Shown in pieces: positions 20,680 to 29,002 of a stretch of 64,000 nucleotides of DNA. The stretch lies in the NCBI GenBank assembly GCA_965248055.1, contig CBDFIJ010000004.1, positions 544,001-608,000 on the forward strand. Reading direction: 5' to 3'. The DNA comes from Candidatus Multivoradales bacterium (GTDB taxonomy: Bacteria; Acidobacteriota; Thermoanaerobaculia; Multivoradales; JAHEKO01). The notes below the pieces were generated by a model that saw nothing but the letters and a program-made list of their open reading frames with translations, was not told where the DNA came from and did no database searches. Position 1 is the first letter of the stretch. Every line of letters begins with the position of its first letter. The translations under genes were made by a program, and so were the position numbers.

Positions 20680-20709
20680 GCAGTATCCAAACAAGCAGTA
20701 TCCAAACAA
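20680..20709 (+). repeat. 2 x 15-bp direct repeat GCAGTATCCAAACAA
   Basis: Exact tandem duplication just after the stop codon. Confidence 0.9.
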
Positions 20710-20714
20710 ATACT

Positions 20715-20742
20715 AAAGGCCGGGGTTTGACCCCGGCCTTTT
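20715..20742. terminator. Bidirectional rho-independent terminator
   Basis: AAAGGCCGGGGT-TTG-ACCCCGGCCTTTT between convergent genes. Confidence 0.85.
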
Positions 20743-20943
20743 CTTGTCTAGCCGAGTTGAAATTTCAATCAACCAGCACACCAACCCAGCAGCAAAGTTG
20801 GCAAAACGCAATGCGCTTCTTCGTTGGGATTTCGGATTAGGCAGCGACCCCAATTTGGGGCCATGAACGGGTGCTTGTTTTTGGGGGCGGGCGATCCTGA
20901 AGGGGCGCTGACCTATCAAGTGAGCGGCCAGCTTGAGAAGGGG

Positions 20944-21282
20944 TCAGTCTTTGCCGCGGCGGGGAGTGTAGATCGGGGTCGGGAAGACATGGACATTGCC
21001 CTCCGAAGCCTCTGCCGAAAGAATGCGGGCGGACCCCTCCTTCTCCACCTCGTCGATACGCAAGATCGCGTGCATCGGAATGTAGCTGCGCTTCACTCCC
21101 GAGAACTCTCGCTCGATCCGCTCCTTGGACGGATCGACCACCACTTTGTCTTCACTACCAAAGGTCAATTCTTCGATCTCAACAAACCCGAACAATGACC
21201 CTTGGGTCACCTCGCGAGCGTAGATCTCATAGACCTCGCCTTGGCTCATGAAGATGATCTTGTAAAGGTGTTCTTCTGCCAC
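20944..21282 (-). CDS. DUF1820 family protein
   Basis: YKIIFMSQGEVYEIYAR...VVDPSKERIEREFSGVKRSYIPMHAILRIDEV. Confidence 0.85.
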   Translation of the reverse strand: MAEEHLYKIIFMSQGEVYEIYAREVTQGSLFGFVEIEELTFGSEDKVVVDPSKERIEREFSGVKRSYIPMHAILRIDEVEKEGSARILSAEASEGNVHVFPTPIYTPRRGKD

Positions 21283-21361
21283 GTCGAGCCTCGTATTATT
21301 CGGTTAGGGCGATCTGCGTGCGCAGTTTAGCGCGACTACGGGAATATCGTCGGCGGAAACT

Positions 21362-22129
21362 CTACGATTGGGAAACACTCGCCAGAGCATCCAAACCGCT
21401 GGACGCTGCAGTGTCCAAAACCCAAATCAAGCGGCCCTGGGGCGGTCGGATCCAAGAGCTGGGTACTTCGGGATCCGACATCTTGGGATTCCAGCCTCCA
21501 AGCACCGCTCTGCGAACCGCCTCCGCCTTGCCGCCCCCCAGCACCACAAATAGCACCATTCTCGAACGATTCAAAGTCGAGGCCGTCAAGCTGATCCTGT
21601 GCCTGGGCTCACTCGGGGCCGTGGCCAGTTGGACGGTAGTCCGGGTAGACAATTCGATACCGGGAAATAGCGACGCGGTGTGTCCATCGTCTCCCAACCC
21701 CAACAGGGTGAGGTCAAACAATTGCTCCGGATCTTCTGCCAGTGTCTTCTCTACGCTGGCCGTGTAGCTAGTGATGACTTGTTCTGGAGACGATTGCAAA
21801 TCTGGCGCGATCAACCGATCCGACGGCAGAGCCAGTCTGTCCAGCAAACTTCGTCGGATCATAGATTGGTTACTGCGCGGATCGTCTGGGCCAACCAGGC
21901 GTTCATCTCCCAGCAACCATTGCACCGATTCCAGTCCAGTAAAGGATGGCAGGGCAGTGTAGATCGGTTCCGGCGTCGAGCCTCCGGAGAGAACCACGGT
22001 GGCACGCCCACGCAGCTCGACCGCCGCCGTTGCCATTGCGACCATCTGGCGAACCACGTAGTCAGCGACCGCGTCGCGATCGCTCAGGATATGAATCTCA
22101 GGATCGGGCGCGGCTAGAAAGTCCGCCAT
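21362..22129 (-). CDS. pgl: 6-phosphogluconolactonase
   Basis: LSGGSTP, GDER, SN, LLGLGDDGHTASLFP motifs. Confidence 0.93.
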   Translation of the reverse strand: MADFLAAPDPEIHILSDRDAVADYVVRQMVAMATAAVELRGRATVVLSGGSTPEPIYTALPSFTGLESVQWLLGDERLVGPDDPRSNQSMIRRSLLDRLALPSDRLIAPDLQSSPEQVITSYTASVEKTLAEDPEQLFDLTLLGLGDDGHTASLFPGIELSTRTTVQLATAPSEPRHRISLTASTLNRSRMVLFVVLGGGKAEAVRRAVLGGWNPKMSDPEVPSSWIRPPQGRLIWVLDTAASSGLDALASVSQS

Positions 22130-23565
22130 AGTCCACCGTGGCGAGCCAGGATTCGATCCGCCTCTCGCGGTCCCCAGCCCCCGGATGAATATTTGTGGGA
22201 CTTAATATTGCGATCGAGAAGTGGTGTGTAGAGCCGCCACGACGCCTCCACTTCCTCAGCGTGGACAAACAAGGTTTGATCACCGGTCAAGATGTCGCCG
22301 AGCAGTGTGGTGTAGGCATCTGGCGGTTTACCGAAGGCCTCTTCATAACTGAACTCGAGAGGCACCTTTTCGATCTGCAACGGCTCGCCAGGCTTCTTGA
22401 CGTCGAAATACAAAGAGAAACCCTCGTCCGGTTGCAGTGTGATTTGCAAAACATCGTGGTCGACCTCACGCCAATGAAGGTTCTCGAACAAGCTCACTGG
22501 AGGGCGCTTGAAAGTAACTGCGATCTGGGTTGTCCGACGGGCCATTCGTTTGCCAGTGCGCAAGAAAAAGGGCACTCCTTGCCAACGCCAATTGTCGATG
22601 TGCAGTCCCAGGGCGACGAAGGTTTCCGTCCTCGACACCTCCGGCGTGCCCTCTTCCTCTGAGTAGCCCAGCACTTTTCGATCGCCGATGGCGCCCGGTC
22701 CGTACTGACCAAACACCACATCTTCGGGTCCGATTTCTCGAATCGCGCGCAATACCTTGACCTTTTCGTTGCGCACTGCCGCGGCCTCATATGCGGCGGG
22801 GATCTCCATGCCGATCAGTGCCACCAGTTGGGTCAGGTGGTTTTGCACCATGTCGCGCAACGCGCCGACCTTGTCGTAGTACCCGGCTCGCCCACCCACA
22901 CCTACGGTCTCGGCGACCGTGATCTGCACATTGTCAATGCGGTCTCGATTCCACAACGACTCAAACATCGCATTGGCAAATCGGAACACCAATAGATTCT
23001 GCACCGTCTCTTTGCCCAGGTAGTGGTCGATTCTGTAGATCGAGGACTCATCAAAGTTGTGGTGCAAACGACGGTTGAGGGCCACCGCCGATTCCAGATC
23101 TTCGCCGAACGGCTTCTCCACGACCAATCGGGTCCAACCGCCACTGCGGTGCAGTCCGTTTGCTGCCAGAGCGTCCGCGGCGGGGCCGAATACGCGCGGT
23201 GGTAACGCCATGTAGATGACGCGATTCGGCCCGTCCGCGCCGTCTTCCAGTTCCTGCACCCGGGACGCCAGCTTCGCATAGTCGCCGTCTTCAGCCACCG
23301 GAACATGGTGCAGGCAGTGGTTACACCAACTTGTGTCGACCGTAATCCCAGCCTGCTCCAGCGCGTCAGCAGCCCAGCGACGATAACCTTCGTCGCTCAG
23401 TTCTGAGTCGCGCGATACCGCCACAATCCGGGGTGCGTCGGCCAAGGATCCATCCTGGTGCAGGCGATACAAAGCTGGAAGCAACTTGCACCCGGTCAGG
23501 TCGCCGGTGCCGCCCAACAGCAGGAAGGTGTGCGGCGGAAACGCTTGGCTGGATCCGGAAGTCAT
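22114..23565 (-). CDS. zwf: Glucose-6-phosphate 1-dehydrogenase
   Basis: GGTGDL, VEKPFG, YRIDHYLGKE, RDMVQNHL, RWQGVPFFLRTGK motifs. Confidence 0.97.
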   Translation of the reverse strand: MTSGSSQAFPPHTFLLLGGTGDLTGCKLLPALYRLHQDGSLADAPRIVAVSRDSELSDEGYRRWAADALEQAGITVDTSWCNHCLHHVPVAEDGDYAKLASRVQELEDGADGPNRVIYMALPPRVFGPAADALAANGLHRSGGWTRLVVEKPFGEDLESAVALNRRLHHNFDESSIYRIDHYLGKETVQNLLVFRFANAMFESLWNRDRIDNVQITVAETVGVGGRAGYYDKVGALRDMVQNHLTQLVALIGMEIPAAYEAAAVRNEKVKVLRAIREIGPEDVVFGQYGPGAIGDRKVLGYSEEEGTPEVSRTETFVALGLHIDNWRWQGVPFFLRTGKRMARRTTQIAVTFKRPPVSLFENLHWREVDHDVLQITLQPDEGFSLYFDVKKPGEPLQIEKVPLEFSYEEAFGKPPDAYTTLLGDILTGDQTLFVHAEEVEASWRLYTPLLDRNIKSHKYSSGGWGPREADRILARHGGLWRTF

Positions 23566-24476
23566 GTCTTTTTCACCGCGTGTCCGCCAAATTGATTGCG
23601 CATTGCCGCCAACAACCGATGGGCGTAGGAGTCTGGATCCCGTGACGACAACCGCTCGATCAGCGCCATGGTAATCACTGGCGCTGGCGAGTCCAAATCA
23701 ATGGCCTCTTGCACTGTCCAGCGACCCTCGCCGGAGTCACTGACCCAGGGTTCCAGTCCCTCCATCTCCGGGTTCTCTGCCAGCGCCTTGGCGGTTAGAT
23801 CCAATAACCAACTACGTACCACCGACCCATCACGCCAAATTTCTGCCACCTGATGGAGATCCAGATCGAACTCCTGTTTGCGACCCAAAATGCCAAAGCC
23901 CTCAGCGTAGGCCTGCATCAATCCATACTCGATCCCGTTGTGGATCATCTTGACAAAGTGTCCCGATCCAGCCGGCCCCACATGACCCCACCCGGTCTCC
24001 GAAGACGGAGCCAGAGATTCGAGGATCGGACGAATCGTAGCCACCGCTTGCGTGGAACCACCGACCATCAAGCTATATCCCTGCTTTAAACCCCAAACGC
24101 CGCCACTGGTGCCAACGTCCAAGTATTCAAATCCCTGACTCTGCGCGGAGGCTGCCCGCTCCATGGTGTTCTTATAATTGGAGTTTCCACCGTCAATGAT
24201 GATCGCTCCAGTTGGCAACGCTCCAAACAAAGCCTCCAAGGTCAGTTCGACCGGCTTGCCGGACGGCACCATCATCCAGACCACGACGGTCTCTTCCGAT
24301 TCTGCCAACCTGGCAACCAAGGCTTGAATTGAATCGGTCGCCTCTCCGCCGGCCTGGACCAGTTCGTCTTTCGCTTCTTGCTTGAGGTCAAAACCGATGA
24401 CTTGGTGCCCGCTACCGAGCAGGCGCAGGCTCATGTTGGCCCCCATCTTTCCCAGGCCGATCATGCCGATACGCAT
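23562..24476 (-). CDS. gnd: Decarboxylating 6-phosphogluconate dehydrogenase (short type)
   Basis: IGLGKMG, IDGGNS, DVGTSGG, GHFVKMIHNGIEYG, RNQFGGH motifs. Confidence 0.95.
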   Translation of the reverse strand: MRIGMIGLGKMGANMSLRLLGSGHQVIGFDLKQEAKDELVQAGGEATDSIQALVARLAESEETVVVWMMVPSGKPVELTLEALFGALPTGAIIIDGGNSNYKNTMERAASAQSQGFEYLDVGTSGGVWGLKQGYSLMVGGSTQAVATIRPILESLAPSSETGWGHVGPAGSGHFVKMIHNGIEYGLMQAYAEGFGILGRKQEFDLDLHQVAEIWRDGSVVRSWLLDLTAKALAENPEMEGLEPWVSDSGEGRWTVQEAIDLDSPAPVITMALIERLSSRDPDSYAHRLLAAMRNQFGGHAVKKT

Positions 24477-24518
24477 CGTGATTTTCTCCGTGTTGTTGTT
24501 CTTAACTGATTGAGGCGA

Positions 24519-26195
24519 CTATCGACGTCGTTGATCGGCCAGCCAGCGAGTTAATCGATCAACCGCGGCAACCGGATCGGAGCCGACGTGCAGCCGAAGC
24601 ACCCATTGGCGACGACCAAACAGCGCCGCAGCATCGCCAGAGGACTGAGCCTTAATCACAGTGCCAAAATCTAGCTCAGAGTCCGGAATCTCCACCGACA
24701 GCGAGGCGTCGTCAATCAACTGCAAGAATAGGCCTTTGTTCGGCCCACCTTTATGAAGTTGGCCGGTGGAGTGAAGGAATCGAGGGCCGTAGCCAAAGGT
24801 GGTCGCCAATCGAGTTGACTGGCTGAGTTCAGCTCGCAAGGAGCGCACCGCAGCATCAAGCGGGTCGCTGGCCGGCAAGTAGGCGTGAATCCCGAAATAG
24901 CCACCGCGTACGGCCCCCTTGAGCCAAGCGACCACCGGGGCACTAAAGTCGTCTTGCTCGAAATCCGCAGCAACCGTCCAAAGTCCGTCCTTATCCTTTT
25001 GCTCCGCTGTGGCACCAGACATTCTTTGGCGCGCCAGTTCTTTAGCCGCTTCAACATCGGGCTGATTGAACGGATGGACGCCGAGAATCGAGCCAGCGGC
25101 CGCAACCGCCACCTCCCAGCGGACAATCTCATAGCCGAGGTCGGTGACCTCGGGAAGACACAAACGAACCACCGGGTGGACTGCCTCCAATTCGCGCAAC
25201 GATTCCTCTAGGGCACCGTTGTGCTCACTCTCCAATTCGAGACTGACAAACAAGCGGTCGGCGTCGTAGCCCTTGGCCGAAGCCAGGGGTTCTCCCGCTA
25301 CCGGCACGATGCCTCTACCTCGTTTTCCCAAGCTCTCTGCAATCAACTGCTCCAACCAAGCCGGAAATGCTCGCATCCCCCTTCCGGTCAGCAGCGTCAG
25401 TTTGTCGACTCCAGCCGCCGCCAGATCGCCCAGGATCACCCCGAGACGAATCAGCTCGATACGCTCTTCCACCGATCCGTCCAACAGTTCGCGGGCCCCT
25501 CGAGCACTTTCCATGACTGCGCGGATATCCACCCCAAACAGAGCCGCCGGAACCAGCCCAAAGGTGGTCAAAGCGCTATAGCGTCCACCGACCTCCGGAT
25601 TCGATTCCCATACCCGGCGAAATCGACCCTCTCCAGCCCCCTCGCTGAGCTCAGAGCCAGGGTCGGTGATGGCAATCATCTGGGCTTCCGGTTGTCGACC
25701 GAGACCGGCCAACCAGTCGCGAAAGAAACGATACAAAGAAAGCGTTTCCAGAGTGCGGCCGGACTTACTGGCGACGACAAAAAAAGTGCTCACCGGATCC
25801 CATCGTTGGGCCGCGGCATCGACCGCTGAGGGATGGGTCGAATCCAAAACCTCGAGTGAAACGCCGGCACTCCCCGGCAGCGTTGTGGCAAACATCTCAG
25901 GGGCCAAGCTCGATCCACCCATTCCCAAAACTGCGATATGGCGGTAGCCATCCGCACGAATCTGCTCGCCAAAACGTTCGATCGCACTGATCTCGGTTTC
26001 TGGGCGCAACGGAGCATCCAACCAACCCAGGCGATCCACCAGCTCCGCTGGACTGCCGGTAGACCAGAGAGTTGGATCCTTGCCCACCAACCTTGCCGCG
26101 ACATCGTCGTGACGCCACTGGCGCAGTCGCCGAGCGACCAAGTCTTCAAATCCCTGCAGATGGGAGGTCAGAGTTGGGGCCGGACTTGGACGCAT
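24519..26195 (-). CDS. pgi: Glucose-6-phosphate isomerase (type found as the C-terminal half of bifunctional Tal/Pgi)
   Basis: GMGGSSL, SKSG, TDPGS, GGRYS, EQLIAESLGK, PFNQPDVEAAK, GPRFLHSTGQLHKGG motifs. Confidence 0.88.
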   Translation of the reverse strand: MRPSPAPTLTSHLQGFEDLVARRLRQWRHDDVAARLVGKDPTLWSTGSPAELVDRLGWLDAPLRPETEISAIERFGEQIRADGYRHIAVLGMGGSSLAPEMFATTLPGSAGVSLEVLDSTHPSAVDAAAQRWDPVSTFFVVASKSGRTLETLSLYRFFRDWLAGLGRQPEAQMIAITDPGSELSEGAGEGRFRRVWESNPEVGGRYSALTTFGLVPAALFGVDIRAVMESARGARELLDGSVEERIELIRLGVILGDLAAAGVDKLTLLTGRGMRAFPAWLEQLIAESLGKRGRGIVPVAGEPLASAKGYDADRLFVSLELESEHNGALEESLRELEAVHPVVRLCLPEVTDLGYEIVRWEVAVAAAGSILGVHPFNQPDVEAAKELARQRMSGATAEQKDKDGLWTVAADFEQDDFSAPVVAWLKGAVRGGYFGIHAYLPASDPLDAAVRSLRAELSQSTRLATTFGYGPRFLHSTGQLHKGGPNKGLFLQLIDDASLSVEIPDSELDFGTVIKAQSSGDAAALFGRRQWVLRLHVGSDPVAAVDRLTRWLADQRRR

Positions 26196-27347
26196 CTAGT
26201 TGCCCATTATCGAACTGGGATCCGCCTGATCCTCGATCAGCACCTTGCGTTGATGCTCAAGAGCATCCAGCAAACTGTCGAACGGTTTGACAAATTTTTC
26301 AACGCCCTCACGCTGTAGGTCGGCAGTAATTTGCGCCAGATCAATACCGAGCGCGCTCAACTGCTCAAGAACTTCGGCCGCAGCATCGACGCCCTCATCA
26401 ACCGTGCGCCGCACCAACCCGTGATCGCGAAAAGCGTCCAGAGTCTTGGGCGGAATCGTATTTACCGTTTCCGGGCCGATCAAATCTTCAACATAGAGGA
26501 CATCCCGATAACTCGGATTCTTGGTACTGGTACTGGCCCACAGCGGACGCTGTGGGCGAACCCCAAGATTGTGGAGCACAGAAAACTCATCACCGTGGAA
26601 AAGTTGCTCGAAGCGACGATAGGCCAACTTGCTGTTGGCAATCGCTACTTGGCCGCGCAACGCCAGCGCCTCCGAGGTGGCGATTTGTTCCAAGGCAGCA
26701 TCAACCTTGCTATCGACGCGGCTGACAAAAAAAGAAGCTACTGAGGCGACCTGACTTGGATTCGCCGCTCGACGGACGCCACTTAAGTAAGCCTGGGCCA
26801 CCGCCTCATAGTCAGCCAGCGAGAACATCAAAGTGACGTTGATGTGCACCCCATCGGCGATCAGTTGTTCGACCGCCACCACTCCAGCGGAGGTCGCCGG
26901 CACTTTGATCATCACATTGGGGCGGTCTACCCGCTGTCGCAAGTGATGCGCTCGGTCGATGGTGGTCTGGGTGTCGTCGGCAAGCCGCGGCGAGACTTCT
27001 AAACTGACAAACCCATCAGCTCCTTCGGTGGCGACGTAGACGCCCCACAAGGCGTCAGCGGCCAATCGAATATCGGTGACCGCCAACTCTTCGTACAGCT
27101 CTTCGATCGGCGCCCCGGGGTGGCTACGCTCATACTCTCGGATCGAGTCGTCGTACAGGTCACTACCCGCAATCGCCTTTTCAAAAATGGCCGGATTACT
27201 GGTCACCCCGGTCACTCCGTCTTTTTCAACTAGGCGGGCCAGTTCGCCGCTGGTCAACATATCCCTGCGGATGTAGTCCAACCATACCGCCTGTCCTTGG
27301 GCGGTTAGTGCCTTGAGTGGATTCTCTGTTCCTGCATTGTCGACCAC
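26196..27347 (-). CDS. tal: Transaldolase (type 2)
   Basis: WLDYI, TSNPAIF, SLEVSP, MIKVPAT, NVTLMFS, SVASFFVSRVD, LWASTSTK motifs. Confidence 0.95.
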   Translation of the reverse strand: MVDNAGTENPLKALTAQGQAVWLDYIRRDMLTSGELARLVEKDGVTGVTSNPAIFEKAIAGSDLYDDSIREYERSHPGAPIEELYEELAVTDIRLAADALWGVYVATEGADGFVSLEVSPRLADDTQTTIDRAHHLRQRVDRPNVMIKVPATSAGVVAVEQLIADGVHINVTLMFSLADYEAVAQAYLSGVRRAANPSQVASVASFFVSRVDSKVDAALEQIATSEALALRGQVAIANSKLAYRRFEQLFHGDEFSVLHNLGVRPQRPLWASTSTKNPSYRDVLYVEDLIGPETVNTIPPKTLDAFRDHGLVRRTVDEGVDAAAEVLEQLSALGIDLAQITADLQREGVEKFVKPFDSLLDALEHQRKVLIEDQADPSSIMGN

Positions 27348-27588
27348 GGGGTTTCTCCTCTTATCGCCGATCTCTAGGTCTTCCGTTCACCGGCTGATTC
27401 TACCCTCGCCACGAGACCGTCTGCTTCTTTCCCACCTGGGCCTCGTCGAGCAACAACCGTCACCCAAACACTGGTTAAGCGTGCTCGTCGCCGAATCTTT
27501 GTTATAGACTGTTTGGAGCGGCCCAAGGAGAGGGCTGGACGAAAGACAATACCCAGGCGAACAACCCGACAAAAGGGGAGGAATTGGA

Positions 27589-27954
27589 ATGTTCAAAAAT
27601 AAGACACTATGGTTACTTCTGTTAGTAGCGGCGGTCCTAGTACTGCCGACCGCTTGCTCGCGCGAGGCCGCTCACGACGCAGTGGACGCCACTGCAGAAG
27701 CTGGCGAAGCCGTCGCTGAAGGCGCCGGAGATGCTGTTGAGGCCACCGGTGAAGCCGTCGTTGATGCAGGCGAGGCCGTGGTCGATGCGGCTGGTGACGC
27801 CGTCGAGGCGACAGGTGATGCAATCGAAGAAGTCGCTGAAGACACCGCCTACGTTGCTGGCGAAGCTGTTGAGGCGGCTGGCGACGCAGCCGAAGCAGTT
27901 GGCGACGCTGTGGACGAGGTTACCGACAACGAAGGTGACGGCGCACTCCATTAG
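27589..27954 (+). CDS. Acidic Ala/Gly/Asp/Glu-repeat lipoprotein
   Basis: SD GGAGG; lipobox LPTA-C; repeated AGDAVEA-type units. Confidence 0.8.
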   Translation: MFKNKTLWLLLLVAAVLVLPTACSREAAHDAVDATAEAGEAVAEGAGDAVEATGEAVVDAGEAVVDAAGDAVEATGDAIEEVAEDTAYVAGEAVEAAGDAAEAVGDAVDEVTDNEGDGALH

Positions 27955-27976
27955 AGCATCGCTCAAACTGGAAACG

Positions 27977-28007
27977 AAAAGGGAGCCCACTGGGCTCCCT
28001 TTTTTTT
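27977..28007. terminator. Rho-independent terminator
   Basis: AAAAGGGAGCCC-ACT-GGGCTCCC-T8. Confidence 0.9.
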
Positions 28008-28121
28008 GCGATAACAGCCCGATTACAAGCATGACTAAGCACAAATGTCATTCCCGCGGGGGGCTGCGCGGGGGCGGGAGCCTGTTGGCAGCTCGGACAC
28101 CCTCCTAATCGCGATTACGGA

Positions 28122-28895
28122 CTAAGCCAAATCAACGATCACCGGTGCGTGATCGGAAGCGGTCAATCCTGCCTGCTTCTTACGGTAGTCGCGGTCGATC
28201 CACACTTCTTCGAGCTCATCCACCAACGGAGCGGTACCGAACATCAAATCAATACGCAGGCCGTGGTTGCGATGGAAGGCGCCGGCCCGATAGTCCCACC
28301 AAGAAAACGACTGTTTATCCGGATAGCGATGACGATACAGATCAACCCAACCGTCGCTCGTCAGCCTGGCAATGCGTTCCCGCTCAGCCTCGGTGTGAAA
28401 GATCCTGCCAGCCAACTTCTCTTCATCCCAAGAATCCAAAGGCGATGAACAAATATTGAGGTCACCACCGACCATCGAACGCTCGCCAGGAGCCACGATC
28501 TCGTTCAGGTGAGCAGACAAGTGATCGAACCACACCAGCTTGCGCTGATAGTCCTCGTGCTCGATGCTTTTGCCATTCGGGCAATAGGCGGTTCCTACGA
28601 GAAGGTCACCCAAGCGACCGCAGATCCAACGGGCACCAAGATCTTCTTCACCCGGCAGTCCCGCTTGGACTAACTCCATCGGTTCCCGGCTCAACAACGC
28701 GACACCATTCCACGCTTTCTGACCGTGAACCAACGCCTGATAACCTAATTCCTCCAACTCCGCGAAGGGAAAATTCTTCTCTACGCTCTTCAATTCTTGA
28801 AGACCCACCACATCTGGCTGGCGATCGGCCAGCCACAGCTTGAGGAAGTCCAGTCGAGCCTTCAGTCCGTTGATGTTCCAAGTAGCGATGCGCAT
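28122..28895 (-). CDS. xth: Exodeoxyribonuclease III
   Basis: MRIATWNING, LQELK, WNGVA, GDLN, SWWDYR, GLRID, SDHAPV motifs. Confidence 0.95.
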   Translation of the reverse strand: MRIATWNINGLKARLDFLKLWLADRQPDVVGLQELKSVEKNFPFAELEELGYQALVHGQKAWNGVALLSREPMELVQAGLPGEEDLGARWICGRLGDLLVGTAYCPNGKSIEHEDYQRKLVWFDHLSAHLNEIVAPGERSMVGGDLNICSSPLDSWDEEKLAGRIFHTEAERERIARLTSDGWVDLYRHRYPDKQSFSWWDYRAGAFHRNHGLRIDLMFGTAPLVDELEEVWIDRDYRKKQAGLTASDHAPVIVDLA

Positions 28896-29002
28896 CGAAG
28901 CAGTCTCTCAAACAAAACCGATCGGGTCACCTAACCCGTCTGTCGCGCACCAAGATACAAGCCACATCAGCCGAGTCCCCAAGGGAGCAGCTCAACTGTC
29001 AG

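Noticed and set aside
3697-26198. Genome-wide amber recoding (pyrrolysine or alternative code), suggested by two in-frame TAGs
   Set aside because: TAG ends many full-length genes at the expected positions (clpB, TonB receptor after terminal Phe, cbpA-like, yjbQ), and no pyl genes are in the window.
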